Assembly: GCA_965153455.1 (NCBI GenBank)
Contig: OZ234494.1
Location: 4,464,001-4,528,000, forward strand
Origin: Sphagnum compactum
Taxonomy: Eukaryota
Reading direction: 5' to 3'
DNA: 64,000 nt
Under the pieces are notes generated by a model that did not search any database, had not been told where the DNA came from, and saw only the letters and a program-made list of their open reading frames with translations. Made by a program: the position numbers and the translations under genes. Positions 28,150 to 39,829 of this stretch are shown here, in pieces. How positions within the stretch are numbered: position 1 is the first letter of the stretch; the number at the start of each line of letters is the position of its first letter.

Positions 28150-29232
28150 AGTTCTTGGAGCTTTGCATCAACATTGCATGACAAGTGTTTTAAATAGCTT
28201 GATGATTGACCTAGGGTATTGGGGGAAACCAAGATTTATTTCTTGGTTTTTGAAAATTCTATTAACTAAATATGAGGATGATTGTTGGGTGAAAATTTTT
28301 AAATGATGCAAGCAACTTTGTTTGACATTGTTGATCGGATCAAACCTTTTGTGAAAAGCAAAACACAAACTATCGAAGCTCAATTCTAGTGGAGATTTGA
28401 ATGGCATGTGCCATTTATAAATCGGCACATGCTGCCAATTTTTTTTATCTATTTAGAGTTGTTTGTTGTGGGCAAATCCACAATTTATCTTATTCTTTGT
28501 GAAGTTGTTTATGCCATCAACAAGGTATTCAAGAGCTTGATTTCTTGGCCAAATGGAAATGAAATGCAAATTATCATGGCATATTTCAAGACTTGATGTG
28601 GCTTACCTTTTGTGCAAGGTGCCATTGATGGCACACACATTTCCATAGCCAAGCCTTTAGGGCCTTTTGCTAAAGACTACTACTTCCACAAGACAAGTGG
28701 GTATAACATGGTTGCCCAAGCTATTGTTGATTGCAAAAAAAGATTCACTGATTATTTGTTGACCTTCCTAGTAGTGTCAATGATTCTAAAGTTTTGAAGA
28801 GGTCTACTGGCTTGCTCAATATCATGGTCTTTTTCATTATGACAAAACTAATGTAAGTGAATTCCCCCCATACTTCTTTATGGACAAATGATATTCATTA
28901 ATATTTTGGATTATGACACCCTATAAAGGGAAAAGGGCAACATAGAAACTAAAGTTGTTGTACAACAAAAAAACACAAGCGTGGTAGTTCTGTTGTCGAA
29001 AACACATTTAGCATATTGAAAAAAACATTTTGAAAACTAATTGGGAAGTCTGATTTGCATGTCACATTTTTGCCAGGTGTTTTCACATGTTTTTTACTTG
29101 CTTCATAACTTGCTACATAATCAAGACCTAGAAATTGAAACATTGATGCACATTCGTGAAGAGGAAATAGATGATGTGCAACAAACACCAAGTTTTGAAA
29201 ATCCTATAATTTCCCATATTGTTGAGGGTTGA
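28150..29232 (+). pseudogene. PIF/Harbinger (HARBI1-like, DDE_Tnp_4) transposase, degraded
   Basis: GKSTIYLIL.EVV.AI, ISWP, CGLPFVQGAIDGTHI.I.KP, DYYFHKTSGYNMVAQAIVD, SVNDSKVL, WIMTPYKG, YNKKH.RGSSVVENTFSILKK, LHNLL; multiple stops and frameshifts. Confidence 0.9.
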
Positions 29233-29249
29233 GAAAGGTCCAAAGATGG

Positions 29250-30680
29250 TCTGAAAAGAAAACTATCCTACTATTTGGCTCATGCACTGGAGGACTAATG
29301 TGGTCATGATTTTGAGGTATAGCTAAATATACAGCTTTTGGCACTTGAGGACTAATGTGGTCATGATTTGGTAGCGGTGTTAAATTTACAACTGCTAGCA
29401 CTTAAGGATTAATGTGGTTAGTGGTGGGTGTAGTTGAATCTATTGCAATTATTAACACTTGAAGATTGATGCAATCATGTGCTACTCAAAATTTGTTGAT
29501 TCTTGTTTCATTGTCTATAATGAATGTTGAACTCAAGACATTAATCAAGCTAATAATTACTTTCACAATATCTATCTATGTGGCATGGGTCAACTTGTTC
29601 ATGTTTTTAGATATTCAAATTGTTTGACAATCACTTCCAAGTTGGTGGAACTCATTTGATCCATTGATTGTACTAGCATTTGGCCACCTTTCTTTTTGTT
29701 TTTCCATGCTCTTGTGAGTTGAGGAGTAATTGCATTTCACTACAGTATTTCCAATTGATTGCACTCTTGAATTGTTAGTTGTTTTGTTTGCCAAATTTGT
29801 AGTTTGAGATTTCTTCATTCTTGCTAAATGTGGTGTTCTAGGATTATGTGCATTGTAAATACTGACTTGGGTGTTTGAGGATTCTACGAAAGGGTGAGTA
29901 TTGGGTAATGTTGAAAGGTGGTGGCTATTGGATTTTGTGGAACAAAGGGAGTTCCTATTGGTATTTAATTGAACACTATCTAAATGAATGGCACAATGGT
30001 AGTTGTTGGGCTTTATGGGATTGTTAGGATTCATATGGGTACATGATTATGTGGGATTATGGCAATCGAATGTGCATAGGTGCCTATAAATTTGCTAGCA
30101 ATTTGATGGGCACACGGCTCTGGAGGACTATGGACAGTTTAACATGTATAAGGTTATGTGAAACTAGCAACAAACAACCAGATCCAAGGCTATCGCATGT
30201 AATGGGCAATGGAGTAAAAGAATCAAATAAGAGGACGATACTTCATGAAGGTGTGTTTTGAACATTTGTTGTAGTTGAAGTATTGATGTTTAAAACCAAG
30301 TCTCATCATAACATCCCACATTACAAATGTTGTGATGTCCTTTGCTATTTTCAACCACAGGGTCGTCATTCAAATGTATTGCATCTTCAATAGTGTATCC
30401 ATCTTATTAATATATGTCATCTCCAATGTCCATGAGATCTCGATCATGTGGTGGTTGGAAGATAGGTCTATTCCCACTTTTGAAATTCTCTTCCATTTTG
30501 TGACAAATGTTTCAAACTTGTCTTTAAGATCCACCTAGTCCAACCCCGTGACATGGGTGTAGTCAAAATTGTAAACATTTTTACATATGTCCACATGGTG
30601 CCATTCAAATGTAATCATAATAATGGGAAATTGTGTTTAATGACAAATATAGATGTTGAGAAACTCAAATTGAATTGCCA
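29250..30680 (-). pseudogene. Probable Myb/SANT-like partner gene of the Harbinger element, degraded
   Basis: Coding-like minus-strand sequence convergent on the transposase. VDLKDKFETFVTKWKRISKVG near 30480-30540 is followed by a low-complexity N/S/T region and ~57-bp repeats at 29280-29420. The domain call rests mainly on position. Confidence 0.45.
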
Positions 30681-33569
30681 TTTATTCCAAATTTCAATTT
30701 TGTTATGAACATAGGACCTTTGAGTTGAGCTTGTATTATGTCAAATAATTTCCAATTTTTCAAGGGGCCTTTTATTTGCAGAATATTAATTTTTTTACAT
30801 CTAATTTTTTGAGTGATTGGAAACTAATAATCACACTAAAAAGACACTCAATACTGAAAAAGTATGTAAGTTGAATTTTATTGAAATTTAGAGTTGTTTT
30901 GAAATTCAAGAGTCCTTTACAACATCTAAATGGGGATTAATGTATATGGTGTATGAAGTAAAGTTGTAGTTTAAAATATAAAAAACTAAATCATGAAGTC
31001 ATCAATGCAATTTTGTATGGTTTGACATGTTTTCAAATGCACCACAATTGTAGGCACAATTAAAATAAAAAAAATTGGTCCAGTATTGATGTCACTTAAC
31101 TAATGAATTACTTGTATCTAATGCCTAGCCTAGTTGAGGCCAATTTGCAAAAAACCCCATGCAAAGATTCCATCTAGGGTACACACACACATTGATCGAC
31201 TAGAAAAAGGTCCGTTTACACATTATACAAAAAAATTCAACAGTTTTCATCTCAAAAATAATGGATGTGTTATAGATGTATAGCAAATTTTCATTCATGG
31301 CCAAAACCCTAAATGGTTGCATCTTCACCGCTCCTCATGATCCAATGATCCAAGATTTTCCATTTGAACACGTTTGTTTCCCCTGCAATCATTGCCCAAT
31401 GCAATTGTTAGAGAAAAATGTTCTATCAAGAATGAGCATGTGTGCTGAAGTTTTCCTTAGCACTCACATGTCCTTTTGTTTCACATGATTGAAAGGGATA
31501 CTTGCAGGAATGAGTGTGTGCATTAAAACTTCAAACATTCCTATTGTTATTATATGCACAGGATTCCACTGAGACAAACGTTGGTAGGGAGTGAACATGT
31601 GTATATGACATATTTTGCACCCACCATTAATATGTTCCATGCAACTAGGAGGGACATTATTTTCCTATAGGTAGCTTTTCCACTAAAGTTGTAAGAATAT
31701 AGTTTGAAAGTTTTGGTTTGGATCCAATCTCCTTTGTTCAAAAAGTTGGAGCTCATGTCTATGTGTATATTAGTCATACAAGTACCCAAACAGTCAGCAC
31801 TTGGGGCTTTTCCAATGACCAATCGAAGGTGGGAAGAATGCTTAGCACACTCAAACGCAATGATGAAGCAGATCCCATCATGAGTTGGACCCAAAATCTA
31901 CATTTTGAAAGGCGTGCCTTCTATGAAAATGACCTTCATTTTGCTAGCGCATGATGCAAACCTCTTCTTTATCTTTTAGGATGGCTAACTTGGTGTTGGA
32001 ATAGTCTGATCTATACTAGTTGTATTTTGGTCTGCAATTTTTGAAATTTTCTATGATCTAGCTTGGATTAACCTTGATTAATGTAGTTTTGTAAGTTATA
32101 ATAATGTCATTGTTGGTTCTTTCAAATTTTGTAGATCCAGTTCCAATACCTCAAATGCGGTAGTTTTAAAAAACTTAGACACAATGTAAGGTCGATACCA
32201 AAAGATGAACTTTATGTGCAAAGGTTGGCGCAGGATCATAGTTGGTTCAAGATTTCAAAATCTGCAATTCCACTTCCAGTGCCTCAAATGCAACACTTTT
32301 TGAAAACTTGGACACCATGTAAGGTTCATACTAGAAGATGAACTTTCTGAAAAACTTGGTTGGTGTAGGACTTCATAGTTGTATATCTAGTTCTAGAATT
32401 TCAAATGTGACAATTTTTGAAAACTTGGACACGATGTAAAGTTAATACCACAAAATGGCTTTCTATGCAAAGGTTGGCAAACTTGGTTTCAAAACCAACT
32501 AATCATTCAAGGGTATGTGATTGGAAACATTTGATGTTCTTGCTAGTAGTGGAGATTTTAGTGAACACTTAGGCCTTATCCTATATTCAAAGGTTTGATA
32601 TTTTTGTACATTTGAATTTTGATGACAAGTTTTGCATGGAATTTTTGTAGCTTGTAGGCTCAGAAGGAAGCATTTTGGAATGGTTTGATTTAAAAAAAAA
32701 GTGGAACCCTTATCAACATGTGTGAATTTTATGATTATGCATGTTTTAATGGATGGACCAATCCTCCTAGGATATGTCAAAATTGATTTCAGGTATGTTG
32801 TTATAGGTCTATTCCATTTCTTGTTTTGAAGTATCTGCACAAGTTCCATGTACAAATTCAAATGTGTAAATGTACACCAAAATGGGATACGTCTAATGTT
32901 ATATCATGAACTTGGGAAATTAACTGGCTTAGCCTTTTTTTGCTTTAAATGGGTTATTGTTGCTACTTGTAGGTGGACTATCCATGTTTTTGGACACTTT
33001 TCAATATAAGCTATTATGCTTGTTGCAACATCAATCTTCTGGACTTAATATGAACTCCCCATGGAGTAAGAAAATATCATTCAACTGATTTCATGAGCAT
33101 CAATTCACATTCATCTTCCATAAATGCAATTAGCAACCATGTTTCATCACTCAATTTTTTTCTAATTTTATCGAATTTTTTAAGCATCGTTATCTCTAAT
33201 TTTTTGAATTTAACCTCTTGAAGTGTGAGCAATTTGCTATCTTGCAAGTTCTCCATTTCAAGTGTTGAAAGTTCCAATGGTAGTTCAATATGTTTATTAA
33301 ACTATGATTTAAAAAAGATTAGTTATTGTTCAAGCACTAGAAATCTTAGTTCAACAACACAAAAAGGTGCTTACTAACTTAACCTACACCTTAAAGTTCT
33401 AAATAGTAAGCCATTGTCCAATTAAAAGTATTTGAGTCCTTCTCTTGGCACCTTCTACTATGGATTTAAGGTTGTGAATCTTCAGCTTAACTTTGAATTC
33501 CTTAGGTTAGTAGTATAATTCAATCTATAATCATTTGAACTCCTTGGTTCAACACTTAAATACTTTTTT

Positions 33570-34560
33570 TCTTAGTACCCAAAGTCATTGACTCACCATT
33601 GTGGTTCACTTAAACACCTCATCTCAATCCATTAATATTGTCTAGTACTCATTATGTTTATTAAAAACATTTTTAGCACGTAAGGTCATTGAATTAGCAC
33701 TGTGGTTGTTTTTAAAGACCTATTTTCATATCATAATATTGTCCATTTCTTTCATATAGTACTCATTGTGCTTCCTTAAAGCACTCCTACATTCATAGTC
33801 ATTGAATAAACACCATGGTTGGTTTTCAACACCTACTGTCATTCAATTAACATTGTCCACTTATTTTACAATATTCATTGTGCTTCTTAAAAGCACTCCT
33901 AGCAACCATAGTCATTAATGAAGCATTGTGGCTAATTTCCAAGGACTTCTTCTCATGCCATTAAGACTATCCACTTTTTTTATAACACTCATTGTGCTTC
34001 CTATAAGCACTCCTAGCAACCATAGTCATTAATGAAACATTGTGGCTAATTTCTAAAGACTTTTTCTCATGCCATTAGGATTGTCCATTTTTTTTATAGC
34101 AATCATTGTGCTTCCTAGAAGCACTCATAGCAACCATAGTCATCGATGAAACATTGTGGCTAATTTCTAAGGACTTATTTTCATGCCGTTAGGATTGTCA
34201 AAAAAATTCATACTACTCACTATGCTTCCTAGAAGCATTCCTAGCACTCATGGTCATTGAATCGGCACTACATGGTCGGTTTTTCAGCACCTATTGTCAT
34301 TCCATTAACATTATCCACTTCTTTTATTCTATTCATTATGTTTCCTAAAAGCATTTCCAACCCTTTAAGTCATTGATGAGGCATTGTGGCTAATCTTCAA
34401 GCAACTATTTTATTCCATTGGACTATCCACTTCTTTTTTAACATCCATTTGTTTCCTAGATACATTCATAGCACCCATAGTCATAGAAGTAGCACTAATG
34501 TGACTTATTTATAAACACCTACTTCTATTCCAAGAGAATTTTCCACTTCTTAAATGAAAT
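33570..34560. repeat. Tandem array, ~8 units of ~114 bp
   Basis: 'actcattgtgcttcct..aagcactcctagca.ccatagtcatt.atgaa.cattgtggctaattt' recurs at ~33760, 33873, 33986, 34100, 34215 and 34330, with degenerate flanking units. Confidence 0.9.
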
Positions 34561-36840
34561 ACATAGTGATTAAATGTGGAAGTTGTTGTTTGAGTGGTAG
34601 TACCATGATACTAGTTCTGTTTTTTTGTTGTGGCAAACTTGTCTCATGTGTATAATTTGTTATTCTGCTATGGTAGACTTATTTCATGTATTGTCCAAAT
34701 TTGATTGCCAACATCATAATTTGATATTGCTTACACTAGTGATTATTCTTTCTTGGATGAAATGTGTTTAGATTGCAACTCAAGTAATTAGTTTTTTTAT
34801 GCTAAAGTGTAAGCTCAAGCTTTGGACATATTGTGATAAAATTGCAACAAGTGTTAACAATGGGGCCATGCCATCAATTGATGATAATTGGAATTTTATC
34901 AAAAATTGTTGGTTGTTCAAGTGATGAAAGCTGAAAGACTAGAAATAGAATTCAAGAGGAAAAGAAATCAAAATTACAAACGGGCATCTTGAGCACGAAA
35001 TGTTGTTACAAATGAGGAAGCTCAAAGTCGCCTTGTACTTTCAAGGCGAAGAACAAATGGTGATGAGTACATGTTCACTTACATTACCAAGGTGGCGAAA
35101 CTGTCAATTGCATTGGTGGCCATAAATTATGTTATACAACTAGTGAATGACTTATTGGGGTATGATGTGGAATTTCAACAGAAGGTGATTGAAAAGATAT
35201 TCCAACATGAGTCGATGAAGCCACTCATTCCCTCTTTTCTGGCCAATGTAGTAGAGACAAAAAATAATCACCTTATTGTTGAGAGCATCAAAAGTGGAGT
35301 GTCTATTCACATAGCACTAGACGCACTACTAAACATGTTGCTGCAAAAAAACTTTTAGGCACTTTGCCTTCATGTAAGCATGCAAGTGGAGGAAGGTTGT
35401 TAAGCACCTTGGGCTTGATAGGAGGTGCATATATCAAAGCCTGCAACAGGTTGTAAATTCTTTATGGTGTACCAAAATTTAATCACAACATCACCCTTTT
35501 CTGTCTTTTTTGCCTAGTCTTTTTTTACCATGTAAAAACACATTTATGGATGATTATGATGGAATCTAGAATTGTAATGGTTTAAAATATAGTCCTTTTG
35601 AAATATTTGACAACTTTTTACTCTTTTTCTTTTATGGGGATCAAGATATAGGGTGAAAAAGGACTACAGAAAGGATTAGGCCCTTTTCATCCTATGTGGT
35701 ACACCTTGAAGGATTTTCGCCCAACAACGTCTACTTATTGATGATGGCATCTTGGATTTGGTCTAGGACAAAAAAATAAATACGATATGATGCACTTTCA
35801 ACAAAAACAAAAACGCTTGTTGTGGAATGGTGTACCATGGAAACTACTATCTCTCTTGATCACAAAAGAAAAGAATTGGGGTTAAACAAACTATGGAACA
35901 TCCCACCCACTTTTTGCAAGTTTCACAGGTTAGCATATTCAACAACTTTATATGCTCATGTAGTCTTTTACAAATTTTCCAACTCTGATGCAAATAATCT
36001 GACACAAGTCTTTTGTGGGCTTTGTTTTTTTCCCTTCTGTTTCAATTATAGGTTATGTACTTCACACTTATCTTTTCATAATTTTTATTAAACTTGTCAT
36101 TCACAAGGAACTTTTTTTTGTATGTATAATATGTGCATTGTGCATTATAGCTGGAATTATTCACAACATTCAAAGAGAAACACCCCAATGTACAGATTGA
36201 ACTCACAAGTTTTTCGTGCCTAAAACCCTAGTTTGTGAGGCAAATGAAAGACTAGAGTATTTGCTATTGCCGTTACCACACTGAACTCTTAGAATTGAAG
36301 ATTGGCCTTAACAACATGCGGTCCAAAACAGGAGGTGTTCATGCTAATTGTGGTTGTAGGAGTGCTGATATTTGTTTTCCATTAGGTGCTCTGGACATGG
36401 GTGAATGCTACACAAATCTAGTGTCATTTTCTAAGCTAACTAACTCGTGGAGTTGCATTTTATGTCCCAAACCAGATGGGAGTGAATGGCATGAATGGGG
36501 GTGTCTTATGGGTAATTGCACCTTGTGTGGAATTCAAACTTTGAAAGTCTTACCCTATGTGAGGCAACTTTCTATCCATCTACTCCCGGTTCTACAAGGC
36601 GACTGTGCTTGGAAGCACAAAAGCTATTGGTGAAGGAAAGATGCAAGTATGATTCTACATGTTAAATTGCGTTTGTAGTTGAAATTAAGTTCTCCTATGC
36701 ATCATTCACGATTAGGATTGATAGATATATTTTTTCCAAGCTCACACGCTACACATTCTAGGACTTTATATCAAATTGTCATTCATTTAAACCAATGTTT
36801 AAAGACTCAACACCATGTCCAACATAGCTGCAAACCATCA

Positions 36841-37375
36841 GTCACTTAAAACATCATTTCTAACACATACATTATTCAAATCCATCTTGCCTTAGCTCAT
36901 TGGAAAGCTAACTACAAGGCGCACCTTCCTACCAAAACTCAAGATCTGCAGCTAAACTAGTGAAGAGTTATACCACCAAACCCGAGAGGGTTTTGCGAAG
37001 GCAGTTGTTCAACTTGACTGTAGACCTCTAGTCACTCAGAATATTGTTTCTAACACATATGGTATCCAAATCTGGCTTGCCTTAGCTCATTAGAAAGCTA
37101 ACTACAAGGCGCACCTTCCTACCAAATCTCAAGATCTGCAATTAAACCAGTGAGGAGTTATATCATCAAACCCGAGAGGGTTTTACGAAGGCAGTTGTTC
37201 AACTTGACTACAGACCTCTAGTCACTCAGATTATTGTTTCTAACACATACGGTATCCAAATCCGGCTTGCCTTAGCTCATTGGAAAGCTAATTACAAGGC
37301 GCACCTTCTTACTAAATCTCAAGATCTGCAGCTGAACCAGCAAGAAGTTATGCTATGCAACTCGAGGGGGTTTAT
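36841..37375. repeat. ~2.8 tandem copies of a 190-bp unit inside the TG...CA element
   Basis: 'gtcact' unit starts at 36841, 37031 and 37221; the units share near-identical 'cttgccttagctcattggaaagctaactacaaggcgcaccttcctacc'. Confidence 0.95.
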
Positions 37376-37625
37376 GAGCTTTCTCTAAAGTTCCAATCTT
37401 CCAACACTATCACTACCTACCCCCATTCCTTCAAAACTATTACAAGATTTTCGTTCTACTTCCCTTTCCCTCCCCTCTCCTAAGACTAATCATTCTTTTC
37501 CTCTTCATGAAGGTTTTGGAAACAAGTATTCAAGATTGAATGAAAATTATCTACGAGGCAAAGAGAGAGACCCCAATCATCCGAGTCCGCTTTTTGAAGA
37601 AAAAGAGAAGGGAGGTGAAGGTAGA

Positions 37626-37855
37626 TTCCAAGCTTGGTGGCCAATGGAAAGTTCCATGCTTGGTGGCCAATGGAAGGTTCCAAGCTTGGTGGCCAATGGA
37701 AGGTGAAGGAGAAACACCTTTTCACCTCTTCCATTTTCCCCCCAACAAACTTTACTTAAACCTTCAATTTTTTTTCCTTTGACCTCACGGTTTTACTTTA
37801 CCATGGTTTTAAGCCGTTACTCGCGCCTTCCTTTCCTTTTCTTCGATCTATAAAT
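37626..37855 (+). promoter_or_regulatory. Putative Pol II promoter: three 26-bp CCAAT-containing repeats plus TATA box
   Basis: 'ttccaagcttggtggccaatggaa.g' x3 with CCAAT at 37641, 37667 and 37693; TATAAAT at 37849-37855, ~100 bp upstream of the ATG at 37949. Confidence 0.5.
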
Positions 37856-37948
37856 TGCGACTATGCACCTCAATGTAACAAGTCCTTCGCACCTTCATTG
37901 TCGATTTGATTTGGTTGAAGATCTGACCTTTTTCCTCTCCTTGAAATT

Positions 37949-38371
37949 ATGGCGTTGCACACGGGCACATCATACGGGCCGTAAGCCGCACAAGCGAATG
38001 AAGAACCACCTCTGGATTCATCTCTAGATCTTACCTTGACACAGCATCCTCGTGACGAAGAACCCGAAGCTCGAGAAGTGCGTGCTCGTCTTGAAGTTGA
38101 ACCCCCTCGAGCCTGATATTATCGTATCTCTCCGAACTCTCGCACCTTGGTGATCTAGCTACAAGTCGACCCCGCTTCTGGTGACGAACCCGAGACCGTT
38201 TGTGAAGGTTGTTACGAAACTGAAGATATTTCTATCTTCGCATGGTCTTCGGTTCCAGGTGTTGGACACTATTGTTGGTTGCGCGGTCCGATTCGTCGCC
38301 TGTCTCCTAATAGCAAGGTGGACTACCTAGTTCGCACCATCCGACGCATCCTAGATTTCTTGCAGCTGTGA
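37949..38371 (+). pseudogene. Cryptic 140-codon ORF of unknown function inside the TG...CA element (three in-frame stops)
   Basis: MALHTGTSYGP*AAQANEEPPLDSSLDLTLTQHPRDEEPEAREVRARLEVEPPRA*YYRISPNSRTLVI*LQVDPASGDEPETVCEGCYETEDISIFAWSSVPGVGHYCWLRGPIRRLSPNSKVDYLVRTIRRILDFLQL*. Stops at 37982 (TAA), 38114 (TGA) and 38156 (TAG). The GC/CpG-rich stretch coincides with the frame; AATAAA at 38442. Confidence 0.6.
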
Positions 38372-39829
38372 ACTATTAGTATGGCATAGCCCAAAATTTT
38401 AAATGTACTTGCAGCTCCTTGCTGAGCTTAACCTTATTCTAAATAAATGTTTCAGTTATCATTAGATTCTTGTTGCCATTGGCACACTATCATACTATCT
38501 GTTTAATCGTTGAATTGCCTCGAATTAACCTTATGTTCAACGGCTTGAAGATTGTTCTATCTCTATTAGACCTTTCATTAACACCCCCTTCAATTGTTTC
38601 AAGAATTTTTAACATGCTTGCTACTCCCTAAATACCATAACCAAACTAATGTTGTGTTGAACACCGCTAGTTTTGGTGTCTTCTTCTACCCCCAACCCTC
38701 TAGAGATTTCTCACCCCTAATTACGCAACAAAGTTTTTAAAACTATGGTTATAAGCCTTCGTTGAAGAAAAGAAGTAATCCAACTTCTTATTCACCAATA
38801 ACGCATTTCAGAAAAGAAAACAAACCCCCCATGCACCCAGGGCATTCATCACTCCCAATGAAGTCGCTAAAAGCCCTTAATAACCTTACCCCACTCAAAT
38901 AACCCTGATGTAATTCTAAAAAAATTGAGATTACCGCACATGGTTATGTCGGTATGGCTCACACCCTATTGAAGAGATTGAGACTTTAAAGACAATGCAA
39001 TGGTGTTGATATGGAAAGGTGGTGGTTGGTCAGAAAGACAATGCTGATGATCGAAAGGTAACATAATTACAATATATGGATACTTCCACACGAGAATTGT
39101 TGGACTACCTACGCCCTAGATTGGTGGATTTTGTAATCCACAAATTTGTAGCCCAATGGCAAGATAAGGTATGAAAATGTAGTCCAACATGTGTATTTTG
39201 ATCTTACATGTATTTGAGTTAGAATTGTTGGCAAACAACTTCAAGCTTCTAGAATCATGCAAAGCTTACTATTTGTGGCTTGTCTTCATAGGAATTCAAG
39301 GCCTTTCTAGCAAACATCCCTGAAGATACAAACCTCTCATGCATTGATGTTTTTGAGAATTATGCCTTCAAGATGCAAAATGAAGTGCAGGACATGCATT
39401 GGTACAACTTTCAAATCACCATATTGGTGCATATCATTTATCGAGTCAACCCAACTTTTGATTCAACACTTGCTCAAAGAACTCACGAATTTTGAAGGTC
39501 CATTACTATATTAGTGATGACAAGACCCATGATTCACTCTTTGTGCAGCATGTGTCAAGCCTACACTATGACTACTTGAAAGCAAAGGGGTGTTATCCAA
39601 AACACCATGTGGTTTGGTTGGATGGGTGTTTAGCCCAGTTCAAGTGTGCACAAGCATGGTATTTTATTGCTCGGTATCCACAACTAACCATTTGTGATGA
39701 GAAGTTGGAAGGGGTCAAAATGTGTTGGAATTACTTTCCATTTATACATGGGAAGGGGGAGGTTGACGGTGTAGGTGCATTTCTAAAATGCAAGATTCGG
39801 AAATAACAAATCAAGCCACAATAAGGTTC

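Larger units (their letters stand above)
36558..38963. mobile_element. TG...CA element (large solo LTR or LTR-like), 2406 bp, inserted in the Sola2-like transposase
   Basis: Termini TGTGAGgCA and TGgCTCACA form a short inverted repeat; perfect 5-bp TSD CCCTA at 36553-36557 and 38964-38968. The transposase-like sequence resumes after the element (...LKV / PIEEIETLKTMQW), apart from a 1-nt frameshift at the junction. Confidence 0.85.
34860..39806 (+). pseudogene. Sola2-like (DDD) DNA transposase, degraded, spliced, interrupted by a 2.4-kb insertion
   Basis: CYCRYHTE (~36263), CLMGNCTLCG, FVIHKFVAQWQDK, intron 39169-39291, CIDVFENYAFKMQNEVQDMHW..QITILVH, ISDDKTHD, WLDGCLAQFK, WNYF...HGKGEVDGVGAFLK. 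The superfamily call comes from recalled motif similarity; the 5' boundary is approximate. Confidence 0.7.

Noticed and set aside
31550-33277. Several 66-120 aa ORFs
   Set aside because: No recognisable family; embedded in degenerate repeat DNA.
36841-37705. Regular repeats as a CRISPR-like array
   Set aside because: Head-to-tail units without unique spacers, eukaryotic context, and no cas genes.
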